From: Longimicrobiales bacterium | GTDB taxonomy: Bacteria; Gemmatimonadota; Gemmatimonadetes; Longimicrobiales; Gaopeijiaceae | Direction: 5' to 3' | NCBI GenBank assembly: GCA_965203485.1 | Contig: OZ241892.1 | Location: forward strand, 1,728,001 to 1,792,000 | Length of the DNA: 64,000 bases | In this document: positions 19,574 through 27,732 of the stretch, piece by piece | How positions within the stretch are numbered: the first letter of the stretch is position 1 | Layout: each line of letters opens with the position of its first letter | The notes under the pieces: generated by a model | Database searches by the model: none | Seen by the model: only the letters and a program-made list of their open reading frames with translations | What the model was told of the DNA's origin: nothing | Made by a program: the position numbers and the translations under genes

Positions 19574-21045
19574 GGGACGGCTCCCATGAGGATCCCGGCC
19601 GCCTTCTCCGCCGCCGCCACGGTCGCCTCGGCGTCCACGCCGAAGTAGATGTTCAGCGCGACCAGCGCCCAGGTGGGCGCCAGCAGCGCCACGGGCGCCT
19701 CGCCGATCTCGCGGTCGCCGCGGAACTCGCGGAAGTAGGCGGCTTCGACCACGCGCCACACGTAGGCGAGCGCCACGGCCGACGTGACGAGCACCACCAC
19801 TGCAAGCGGCCACCACCCCCGCTCCAGAGCGGCCAGGATCAGGTACCACTTGCTGACGAAGCCGACGGTGAGGGGCACGCCCACCAGGCTGAGTCCGCCC
19901 ACCACGAACGCCGCCATCGTGGCCGGCATGCGCCTGCCCAGTCCAGCGAGCGCGTCGATGTGCACCGAGCCGACGCGATACGCCACGCAACCCAGCGCCA
20001 TGAACAAGGCGCCCTTCATCAGGGCGTGGTTGAACAGGTGGAGAACCGTCGCGGTGAGCCCCGTGACCGACGCCAGCGAAATGCCCAGCGCCATGTAGCC
20101 GATCTGCGCCACCGACGAGTACGCGAGCAGGCGCTTCACGTCGGTCTGCAGAACGGCGACGAGCGACATGCTGAATATCGCCACCACGGCCAGCGGCATG
20201 AGCGCCAAGTCGAGCTGCATCACGTCGAATGAGAACGCTGGGCCGAATACCGCCAGCAGGAACCGCAGCAACATGTAGACGGCCACCTTGGTGGCTGTCG
20301 CGGCCAAGAACGCGGTGACGGCCGACGGCGCGTAGGCGTAGGCGTTCGGAAGCCAGAGATGCAACGGAAAGAGAGCCAGCTTCAGAAAGCAACCGACGGC
20401 CAAGAAACCGTACGCCACCCTTATCGCGCGGGTGTCCCACACACCGGGAAGACGGTCGGCGAGGTCCGCCATGTTGAGCGTGCCCGTCATGGCGTACAGC
20501 AACCCGATGCCGATGACGATGAACGTCGCGCCGATCGAACCCATCACGAGATAGCGGAAGGCGGCCGTCAGCGCGCGGCGGTCCCGGCCCAGGGCGATCA
20601 GCGCGTACGCCGAGAGCGACGAAATCTCCAGGAAGACGAAGACGTTGAAGACGTCCGCCGTCGCGACTATGCCGAGGAGGCCGGAGAGACACAGCAGGTA
20701 CGCCGCGTAGAACAGCGCGATCCGCCCCTCCTCGACTTCTCTTCGCACGCTCGAGCGCGCGAAGAGGACGACCGCGCAGCCCACGAGCGACACGAGAACG
20801 AGCATCCAGGCGCCGAGCGCGTCGATCCTGTACTCGATGCCCAACGGCGGCGCCCAGTCGCCCAGCTCGTAAGAGACGGGCTCGCCGCCGTGGACGCTGA
20901 TCGAGAGTAGAAGAGCAACGACCAGCGCGCACAGGCTGCCGAGCGCCGCCGCCGCCCAGGCCGCGCGGGGGCTGCGGACCAGCACGCACACCGGCGCCAG
21001 GACCAGGGGGACGACGACCTGCAGGATGGGCAGGTGCCGGGTCAC
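19570..21045 (-). CDS. mrpD: Monovalent cation/H+ antiporter subunit D
   Basis: GDWAPPLGIE, FNVFVFLEI, GTLNMAD, PLHLWLPNAY, KRLLAYSSVAQIGY, NHALMK. Confidence 0.92.
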   Translation of the reverse strand: MTRHLPILQVVVPLVLAPVCVLVRSPRAAWAAAALGSLCALVVALLLSISVHGGEPVSYELGDWAPPLGIEYRIDALGAWMLVLVSLVGCAVVLFARSSVRREVEEGRIALFYAAYLLCLSGLLGIVATADVFNVFVFLEISSLSAYALIALGRDRRALTAAFRYLVMGSIGATFIVIGIGLLYAMTGTLNMADLADRLPGVWDTRAIRVAYGFLAVGCFLKLALFPLHLWLPNAYAYAPSAVTAFLAATATKVAVYMLLRFLLAVFGPAFSFDVMQLDLALMPLAVVAIFSMSLVAVLQTDVKRLLAYSSVAQIGYMALGISLASVTGLTATVLHLFNHALMKGALFMALGCVAYRVGSVHIDALAGLGRRMPATMAAFVVGGLSLVGVPLTVGFVSKWYLILAALERGWWPLAVVVLVTSAVALAYVWRVVEAAYFREFRGDREIGEAPVALLAPTWALVALNIYFGVDAEATVAAAEKAAGILMGAVP

Positions 21046-21449
21046 GGCGCGGCCTCCGCGTCCAGCGCGTTGATTTCGTCCTCTTCGACAGTGCCGTACG
21101 CTTCCTTGATCCGCACCGCCAGCGCCAAGCCCACCGACGTGGTGGCGATGCCCACTACGATGGCAGTGAGGATGAGCACGTGCGGAAGCGGATTGGAATA
21201 GACGGCCCCTTGAACCGGTTCGCCGTGCTCTCCGAGGATCGGCGCGGTGCCTCCGGCGATCTTCCCCATCGTGATGTACATCAGGAAGACCGACGTCTGG
21301 AACACGTTCAGCCCGACCAGCTTCTTGATCAGGTTGCCCCGCGAAATGAGGATGTAGAAGCCCGTCATCATAAGAACGATGACGATCCAGTAGTTGTAGT
21401 TCGCCACGACGTGGGCGGCGAAGCCGGAGAGCGGCTGGGGCGCGCTCAC
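21042..21449 (-). CDS. mrpC: Cation/H+ antiporter subunit C
   Basis: NLIKKLVGL, NPLPHVLILTAIVVG. Confidence 0.92.
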   Translation of the reverse strand: MSAPQPLSGFAAHVVANYNYWIVIVLMMTGFYILISRGNLIKKLVGLNVFQTSVFLMYITMGKIAGGTAPILGEHGEPVQGAVYSNPLPHVLILTAIVVGIATTSVGLALAVRIKEAYGTVEEDEINALDAEAAP

Positions 21450-21510
21450 GACGCCCGGCTTCCTCCGCCGGAGCCAGCCGAGCTGCGAGACTCGCGGGGC
21501 CGCCGCTTGC

Positions 21511-21936
21511 TCACGGCTCGCCGTCCCGTCTGCCGACGAAGGCGTAGAAGGCGCTCGTCATCACTCCGAACACCGTGATCACCACGCCGGCCTCCACCAG
21601 GATGATTCCGAGGTGCTGGCCCTTCTCGGGATCTGCGGCCAACGCCCCGTACCCCAGAAAGCTGCCGCCGAGCATCATGGTCGCGAAGCCCACGCCTGCG
21701 TAGATCACCACGCCCAACGCGGCGCACGACCGGGCGAACCCGGGCGGCAACGCGCGTTGCACGGCGTCCGTCCCGAAGACGAGGCACAGGAGCACGAAGG
21801 CCGCCGTCAGAATCACGCCGGCCTGGAATCCGCCGCCGGGGCCGTAGTCGCCGTGGAAGTGGACGTACAGGCCGAAGACGAGGATGAACGGCGCCATCAT
21901 CTTGGCCGCGACGCGCAGAACGATCTCCTCCCTCAC
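21511..21936 (-). CDS. mrpB: Cation/H+ antiporter subunit B (MnhB domain)
   Basis: FHGDYGPGGGFQAG, EAGV; GTG at 21936 overlaps the upstream TGA. Confidence 0.88.
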   Translation of the reverse strand: MREEIVLRVAAKMMAPFILVFGLYVHFHGDYGPGGGFQAGVILTAAFVLLCLVFGTDAVQRALPPGFARSCAALGVVIYAGVGFATMMLGGSFLGYGALAADPEKGQHLGIILVEAGVVITVFGVMTSAFYAFVGRRDGEP

Positions 21937-22559
21937 TCGGGGCTCTCCGGCTCTGGCTCGCGGCGTCCCGCCCGTCCCCGCTGGGCGGCCGGACCGGCCC
22001 GGCGACCCTCGGCCGCCGAGTCCGAGCCGCCGCCGCGCGTCCTGCGCCGCCCCAGCAATGCCAGCACGCCCACGGCGGCGGTGAAGACCACCGTCGCCTC
22101 GCCCATCGTGTCGTAGCCCCGGTACGACGCCAGCACGGCCGTCACGACGTTCGGGATGCCTATCTCGTGGCCGCTCTCCTTCAAGTAGCGGTCGGCCACG
22201 TGATGGTGCACCGGATTGGAGGAGTCGCCGTAAGGAGGCAGGTCGATCGTCCCCCACGCCAGCGTAAGGCCCGTGACGGTCACGACGGCGAGAGGCAGGA
22301 ACGTTGGGCGGGCAGGCTTCCTCTCGCGGTGGCCGACGAGGGCGAGCGCGGCGAGGAAGAGCACCGTGGAGATGCCGGCGCCCACCGCGGCCTCCGTGAA
22401 CGCCACGTCGACGGCGTCCATCACCGTGAACAGACCGGCCGAGAGCAGCGAGTAGATGCCCGCCAGCATCACGACGGTGAACAGGTTGCGGAGCTTAGCC
22501 AGGGCAACGCCGGCGGCGGCGAGCAAGGCGAGGAGGACGATGTCGGCTACGGTCTCGAT
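21933..22559 (-). CDS. DUF4040/MnhB-related antiporter subunit; probable ATC start
   Basis: DAVDVAFTEAAVGAG, PNVVTAVLASYRGYDTMGE; GGAGGT lies 5 nt before an in-frame ATC. Confidence 0.82.
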   Translation of the reverse strand: METVADIVLLALLAAAGVALAKLRNLFTVVMLAGIYSLLSAGLFTVMDAVDVAFTEAAVGAGISTVLFLAALALVGHRERKPARPTFLPLAVVTVTGLTLAWGTIDLPPYGDSSNPVHHHVADRYLKESGHEIGIPNVVTAVLASYRGYDTMGEATVVFTAAVGVLALLGRRRTRGGGSDSAAEGRRAGPAAQRGRAGRREPEPESPE

Positions 22560-22987
22560 GGCGCACCTCCCCCGTCGGCGTCCAGCGCGGGCGCAGGCGC
22601 CGCGCCGCCGCGCCTGCCGACGCCGCCGTCCGGGCGGCGTCCCTCCAAGCGGCCGCCCTCCGCCGCCGGGGTTGCGCCGTCGCCCGCCGGGCTCTCGCGG
22701 ACCCGGTCGTGCAGGATCGCGCGAGCCAGCGCATGCGTCGCCACGGGGCTCGTGAACCAGAGAAACAGGATCACCAGGAGAAGCCGCAGGGTCGCCGGGC
22801 CGACCTCGACCTGGAAGCACAGGCCGGCCAGCACGAGGCCCGCGCCCATCGTGTCGGTCATGCCCGCGGCGTGCATCCGAGCAAAGACGTCCGGCAACCG
22901 CAGGATGCCGACGGCTCCCGTTACCAGGAAGAACGTGCCGGCCAGGATCAGCGTCCAGCTGGCGGCCGCGGCGCCCACGTCCATCAT
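22547..22987 (-). CDS. mrpG: Cation/H+ antiporter subunit G
   Basis: GILRLPDVFARMHAAG, TSPVATHALARA. Confidence 0.9.
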   Translation of the reverse strand: MMDVGAAAASWTLILAGTFFLVTGAVGILRLPDVFARMHAAGMTDTMGAGLVLAGLCFQVEVGPATLRLLLVILFLWFTSPVATHALARAILHDRVRESPAGDGATPAAEGGRLEGRRPDGGVGRRGGAAPAPALDADGGGAPSRP

Positions 22988-23358
22988 GCGCCGGTCTCCG
23001 CGCCGGAGGATCGGGCGTCCGGCCGACCGCCTTCGCCGACCCCGGGGTTGGAAGGATCGGAAGCCGGGCCCGTCTCGCGTGCGTCGGCGGGCGCTCGCGG
23101 ACCCGCGCCCAGGCGTCCGTGCTCGAAGTACTTCAGCACCGCGATCGTGCCAATGAAGTTGATGAGCGCGTAGACCAGCGAGAGGTCCAGGAATTCGGGG
23201 CGGCCCGCCAAGAAGCCGAGCAACGCGATAAGCAGAACCGTCTTCGTGCCGAAGTTGTTCAGCGCCAGCACGCGGTCGTACGCCGTCGGGCCCATCAGCG
23301 CGCGGCACATCACGAGGGCCATGGCGACCAGCAAGGCGGCGGTGGCGAAGACGAACAC
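22984..23358 (-). CDS. mrpF: Cation/H+ antiporter subunit F
   Basis: GPTAYDRVLA, LDLSLVYALINF. Confidence 0.9.
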   Translation of the reverse strand: MFVFATAALLVAMALVMCRALMGPTAYDRVLALNNFGTKTVLLIALLGFLAGRPEFLDLSLVYALINFIGTIAVLKYFEHGRLGAGPRAPADARETGPASDPSNPGVGEGGRPDARSSGAETGA

Positions 23359-23359
23359 G

Positions 23360-23839
23360 CTACTTCGCCGGCCCTTCGAGCGCGGCGACGCGCCGGTTCA
23401 TCTCGTTCTCCTCCGAGCTGTCCACGCGCGCGTGGTCGAGCGCGTGCACCTCGAAGTCGTCGCCCACGATGCCGGTCGTGATCGTTCCCGGCGTGAGCGT
23501 GATCGAGTTGGCGTAGACGAAGCGCCCCAGATCGGACCGCTGCGACGCGCGGAAGTGCACGATCTCGGGGGCAATCTTCAGGCGCCGCCCCAGAATGATG
23601 CACGCCACGCGCCAGTTGGACTTGAGGATCTCCCAAGCCAACCACGGCAAGTACGCCGCGAGGCGGCCGGCCAGATGCAGCGGAAGGGACTCGGCGTCCA
23701 AGATGCGCATGCGAACCGCCACGTAGACGGCGGCGGAGCAGGCGCCGGCCCCGAACGAAAGGAAGAGGGGAGTCGGATGCCCCGAGAGAAGCAGCCACAA
23801 GCCGTACAAGACGATCCAGAGCCCGGCAATTCGGATCAA
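23360..23839 (-). CDS. mrpE: Cation/H+ antiporter subunit E
   Basis: WLLLSG, ANSITLTPGT, VHAL. Confidence 0.92.
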   Translation of the reverse strand: MIRIAGLWIVLYGLWLLLSGHPTPLFLSFGAGACSAAVYVAVRMRILDAESLPLHLAGRLAAYLPWLAWEILKSNWRVACIILGRRLKIAPEIVHFRASQRSDLGRFVYANSITLTPGTITTGIVGDDFEVHALDHARVDSSEENEMNRRVAALEGPAK

Positions 23840-23947
23840 GAGCTGCGACCTCCGCGCTTCGATTTCGCTCGTCCCGCGCCGCCGCGAAGGCCCGGGGAAC
23901 GCGCCGCGCGGGCGACGCCGAGCAGGCGGCTCGCGGCGACGGTCAAT

Positions 23948-24469
23948 CTACCAGTTGGACTGCGCGCCGTCCACGATCTCCTGCACCAGCAGCTCGATCG
24001 CCTCGGTGCGCCCCGTCTCTTCGGTTTCGCTGGCCTCCAGGAACTGGCCTCGCACGCGCAACTGTCCCGCCTCCCACAGGATGGCGTACTCCTGGCGGTC
24101 CAGCACCTCGACTTCGACGACCAGCACGACCTCGCGCTGCAACACCTGGACCCCCCCCTGCCCCCCTCCTTCCGCTCCGGGCGTCTGCCGGTACAAGGGC
24201 GCGGTGAGTTCGTAGCGGAGTATGCGGCCCGAGAGCACGGCGTCGGCCTCGTTCTCGCCGGCCGGGTTGAGGCCCAGAGCGCGGGGCACTTGGCGCAGAA
24301 GGGCCTCGTGCACCTCCTGCGTCAGCTCGAACCGGTTGGTCTCGTTCTCGAAGGGCAGCACGGCAATCGTGCGGACGTGCTCGGGGAAGCCGGCCCCCGA
24401 CCTGAACGAGTAGTTGCAGGCGGCCGCCGCCGCGACGAGAGCCAGCGCCGAGAGCGTGCTACGGATCAT
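23948..24469 (-). CDS. lptE: LptE-family LPS assembly lipoprotein
   Basis: Lipobox AAAC-NYSF, HVRTIAVLPFENET, ADAVLSGRI, terminal SNW. Confidence 0.75.
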   Translation of the reverse strand: MIRSTLSALALVAAAAACNYSFRSGAGFPEHVRTIAVLPFENETNRFELTQEVHEALLRQVPRALGLNPAGENEADAVLSGRILRYELTAPLYRQTPGAEGGGQGGVQVLQREVVLVVEVEVLDRQEYAILWEAGQLRVRGQFLEASETEETGRTEAIELLVQEIVDGAQSNW

Positions 24470-25127
24470 GGAAGTCCCAGATGTCCGGGGGAAACGGGTC
24501 CACCCACTCCAGCGACTCCAGCTCGAGCCGCAATTCGCGAAAGCCGGGAAAGTGGCGATAGACCGCCCGGGCCGGAAAAAAGGACGACGCTTCGAAGTCG
24601 TCGGCGGGCACGACTTCGACTTGTTCGACGGTCCGTCCGCCGTCCAGCCGGGCGACCGCCGCGATCAGACCGTCGCGGAGCCGGTAGCGGACCTGCCCGC
24701 CGGGCGGGAGCCGGTATTCGAGCGTGACGGCGCCCTGGGAACGGGCGCCGCGGAGGTAGGAAGCGCCGACGCCGGGGCGAAACACGCCTAGGGCGGCCCA
24801 GAACAGCGCGGGGGGCGGCACGAGCTCGGCGGGAAGGTCGGCCGGTGCGCGGAGCTCGTCGCCGACCACCGCCGCGACCAAGGCGGCCTCGCCGTTGTCG
24901 AGGAAGAGGTCCAGGCGCGCGCGGTAGGGCGGTTCGACGCGGGCCACGCCGCTTCCCCTGCCCCTGAAGTCTGGCTCGCGCGCCGACCAGCGGAAGAGCA
25001 ACCGGGCCGGGCGTCCGGGCCGGCTGCTGTGCTCGGCGACCAGCGCGTCCCGCCGCGTCACCGGCCCCGGCCCGCCCTCGCCGGAGCGGCCTGCGCACGC
25101 CGCCGCCGCGCACGCCGCCGCTCCCAT
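24459..25127 (-). CDS. Hypothetical lipoprotein (start uncertain)
   Basis: AAAC lipobox-like segment, GVARVEPPYRARLDLF; stop overlaps the lptE start. Confidence 0.6.
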   Translation of the reverse strand: MGAAACAAAACAGRSGEGGPGPVTRRDALVAEHSSRPGRPARLLFRWSAREPDFRGRGSGVARVEPPYRARLDLFLDNGEAALVAAVVGDELRAPADLPAELVPPPALFWAALGVFRPGVGASYLRGARSQGAVTLEYRLPPGGQVRYRLRDGLIAAVARLDGGRTVEQVEVVPADDFEASSFFPARAVYRHFPGFRELRLELESLEWVDPFPPDIWDFHDP

Positions 25128-25230
25128 GGCGAGCCGCAACGCGCGACCGGGCGCAGAGGCGGACCGCGCGCGACCGGACGGGGCCGCGCGCCCTGCCCCG
25201 CCCGTCCTCCCGGGCCTAGATTGGGCGGCC

Positions 25231-25962
25231 ATGTCCAAGCCTCTGTTCCTCGTGTCCGATGTCCATTTGGGGGCGGTGCCGCCGGAGACCGAAGCCGCCT
25301 TTCGCCGCTGGCTGCGCTACGCCAAGGAGCGCGCGAGCCGGCTCGTGATCAACGGCGATCTCTTCGACTTCTGGTTCGAGTACCGGCGGGTGGTGCCCGG
25401 CGAGCACGTTCGCGTGCTCGCCCTCTTGGCGGAGATAGCCGAGACGGGCGTGCCCGTCGTGCTGATGGGCGGCAACCACGACTGGTGGGGCGGCGACTTC
25501 ATGCAACGCCTCGGCGTCGACTTTCGCCGCCAGGGTGCGCGATTGTCCCACGGCGGAAAGTCGATCCTGGTGGCGCACGGCGACGGCTTGGGACGGGGCG
25601 ATCTGGGATACCGAATGCTCAAGCTCGTGCTGCGGGGCCGCGCAAGCCAGTGGGCGTTTCGCTGGCTGCACCCCGATGTCGGCGCTTGGCTGGCCGACCG
25701 GGTTTCCAGCACGGAGACCGACACGGAGCCTCCGTCCGAGCAAAGCCGGCGAAGGGCGGCGCACCTGACGCGGTGGGCGCGCGAGCGGTTGGCCGTGGAC
25801 TCCACCTTGGACATCGTTGCGCTCGGCCATGTTCACCAGCCTTCCGTCCTGGAGGTCGAGCCGGGCCGCTACTACGTCAACTCGGGCGACTGGGTCCGCC
25901 ACCGTTCCTACGTCACCGTCGGCGAGTCCGGGACGCCCGCGCTGCACGAGTGGCACGGCTGA
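25231..25962 (+). CDS. lpxH: UDP-2,3-diacylglucosamine diphosphatase (LpxH-like)
   Basis: SDVHLG, GDLFDFWFE, GNHD, AHGD, GHVH, NSGDW. Confidence 0.85.
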   Translation: MSKPLFLVSDVHLGAVPPETEAAFRRWLRYAKERASRLVINGDLFDFWFEYRRVVPGEHVRVLALLAEIAETGVPVVLMGGNHDWWGGDFMQRLGVDFRRQGARLSHGGKSILVAHGDGLGRGDLGYRMLKLVLRGRASQWAFRWLHPDVGAWLADRVSSTETDTEPPSEQSRRRAAHLTRWARERLAVDSTLDIVALGHVHQPSVLEVEPGRYYVNSGDWVRHRSYVTVGESGTPALHEWHG

Positions 25963-25965
25963 TCG

Positions 25966-26625
25966 TCATCCGAAGGGAACGCGCAGGCCCACGGCGAGCC
26001 CGCCGCCGGGCGCCGGTTCCACGAGCGGTTCGGGATAGTCCCGAAGGTGGGCCGAAACGAACGCGTCCACTCCGGAGACGAGCAATGTGAAGACGGCCAC
26101 GGCCAGCCAGTCCTCGCGCTGCTCCTCTCTCGCCGCGACGAGGCCGCGCGTGCGCGCGATGTCCTCGTTGGCCTCCAGGGCGGCCGCGACTTCGCCGGGA
26201 TCGGAGACCCCCGACGCTTCGAGGCGCGCCGTCGCCGCGCGCTCGGACACCGCCAAGGCGCGCCGCGCCGACCCCAGTCGGCGGATCGTTTTGAAGAGCA
26301 TCCACCCGGACAACGACTCGACGGCGAAATAGAAGGCGCCGCGCGCGTGCGCACCCGATACCGTGTGCCCCCAGCCGGGGACGAGCGTCCCGCGCAGGAA
26401 GGCCCCGGCCGGGCTCGGGCGTCCCGCCGTCGAATCGGGCGCCGTTTCCCCGGGGAGGGGCGGTTCCGTCGCGTCCTGGGCCCCGGCCGGGCTCGCAAGT
26501 CCGGCCGCCGCAAGCGCCGCCACGAGCACGTACAGCCCGCCACGGCCGCAAGCCGCGGCGGAGGCGCCCACCGCCACGGCAGACCAGTCGAGCCAGCGCC
26601 ACCGCCCTTCGCGCGACGGGGTCAA
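25966..26625 (-). CDS. Hypothetical membrane protein (DUF5683-like)
   Basis: AFLRGTLVPGWGH, DAFVSAHL..Y. Confidence 0.6.
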   Translation of the reverse strand: MTPSREGRWRWLDWSAVAVGASAAACGRGGLYVLVAALAAAGLASPAGAQDATEPPLPGETAPDSTAGRPSPAGAFLRGTLVPGWGHTVSGAHARGAFYFAVESLSGWMLFKTIRRLGSARRALAVSERAATARLEASGVSDPGEVAAALEANEDIARTRGLVAAREEQREDWLAVAVFTLLVSGVDAFVSAHLRDYPEPLVEPAPGGGLAVGLRVPFG

Positions 26626-27554
26626 GCTCCTTCCCTTCCGGGCATCAGCACGCCGAGTGCCCTCGGAACGACTTCAACGCGAAGCTCCGGCAAGGGCTCG
26701 GGCAAGAGTTCTCCGTCAACTTCGAACCAGATCGCCTCCTCGCCGGCGGCCTTGACCGTGGCCCGCTCCAAGCGGCGCATCGTCACGTGCTTGGACCGGC
26801 CATGCGTCCCCCTCACCGCCTTCAGGGCCAGCGGCGCCACCTGGAGGAGCCCGAGGGCCGGAACGTGACAGAGATCGAGCCGTCCGTCCGCCGGCTCCGC
26901 CGCTGGACTAATCATAAAACCGCCGCCGATCGTCCGGCCGCACGTGAACGCCGCGATGGTGACGGCTCCCGAGATCGCCTCGCCGCCCAACTCGATCTTC
27001 GCGCTCGGCGGACGGTAGCGGACTACCGCGGTCGCGAACGCGGCCATGTACTGCGCCAAGCCGCTGATGCGCGAGAACCGGGCCCGGCGCCGCAGCACCT
27101 CCACGTCCACGCCGAACCCCAGCAGATTGACGAAGAAGCGCTGGCCGCCCGCCCACGTCGCCCGGCCCGCGTCCAGCCGAACGACCGCCCCGCGCGCCGC
27201 CCGCCGGGCCGACTCCGCGGCGTCGCGAGACGACCGGGCGGTGCGCGCGAAGTCGTTGCCGGTTCCGACGGGATGAACCGCGAGCGCGGGCGTCCCCGCG
27301 CCCACAGCCTGCCGCAGAAGGCCGTTCGCGACCTCGTGCACGGTGCCGTCGCCGCCCACGACGAGGATCCGGGCCGCGCCCTGGCGCGCCAGCCGGGCCG
27401 CGATGGCCGACGCGTCGCCCGGACCTTGCGTCCGAAACACTTCCCGCTGCGCGCCGATCTCGCCGAGGGCCCGCGAGACCTCGTCCGCCGCCCGCCCGCC
27501 CCGCCCGCGGCCCGCAACCGGGTTGACGACTACGTGGACCGTGGGACGGCTCAC
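26622..27554 (-). CDS. Diacylglycerol/lipid kinase family protein (YegS/DgkB-like)
   Basis: VVNPVAG, GGDGTVHEVANG, PVGTGNDF, EVDGE; GTG at 27554, 6 nt after the tRNA-Sec CCA. Confidence 0.88.
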   Translation of the reverse strand: MSRPTVHVVVNPVAGRGRGGRAADEVSRALGEIGAQREVFRTQGPGDASAIAARLARQGAARILVVGGDGTVHEVANGLLRQAVGAGTPALAVHPVGTGNDFARTARSSRDAAESARRAARGAVVRLDAGRATWAGGQRFFVNLLGFGVDVEVLRRRARFSRISGLAQYMAAFATAVVRYRPPSAKIELGGEAISGAVTIAAFTCGRTIGGGFMISPAAEPADGRLDLCHVPALGLLQVAPLALKAVRGTHGRSKHVTMRRLERATVKAAGEEAIWFEVDGELLPEPLPELRVEVVPRALGVLMPGREGA

Positions 27555-27560
27555 GTCGGC

Positions 27561-27657
27561 TGGCGGGGGCGTGTGGGAATCGAACCCACCCACCCGGGTC
27601 TTAGCCAGGCGCACTGGTTTTGAAGACCAGACGGAACACCAGTCCCGATCCGCCCCC
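27561..27657 (-). tRNA. selC: tRNA-Sec (anticodon TCA)
   Basis: 97 nt: 8-position acceptor stem GGGGGCGG/ACGCCCCC, 6-bp D stem with TGGT loop, CTGGT-CT-TCA-AA-ACCAG, long variable arm, GTGGG-TTCGATT-CCCAC, G-CCA. Confidence 0.93.
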
Positions 27658-27732
27658 GCATCGCCGACATGCCGCTTCGGCGCACAAGAGAACCCGGCCG
27701 GCCGCCGGTCCGCCACCCGGCCGCGGCGCCGC

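Noticed and set aside
24151..24166. C8 and C6 runs in lptE as a phase-variation site
   Set aside because: The frame is intact and the runs simply encode Gly codons
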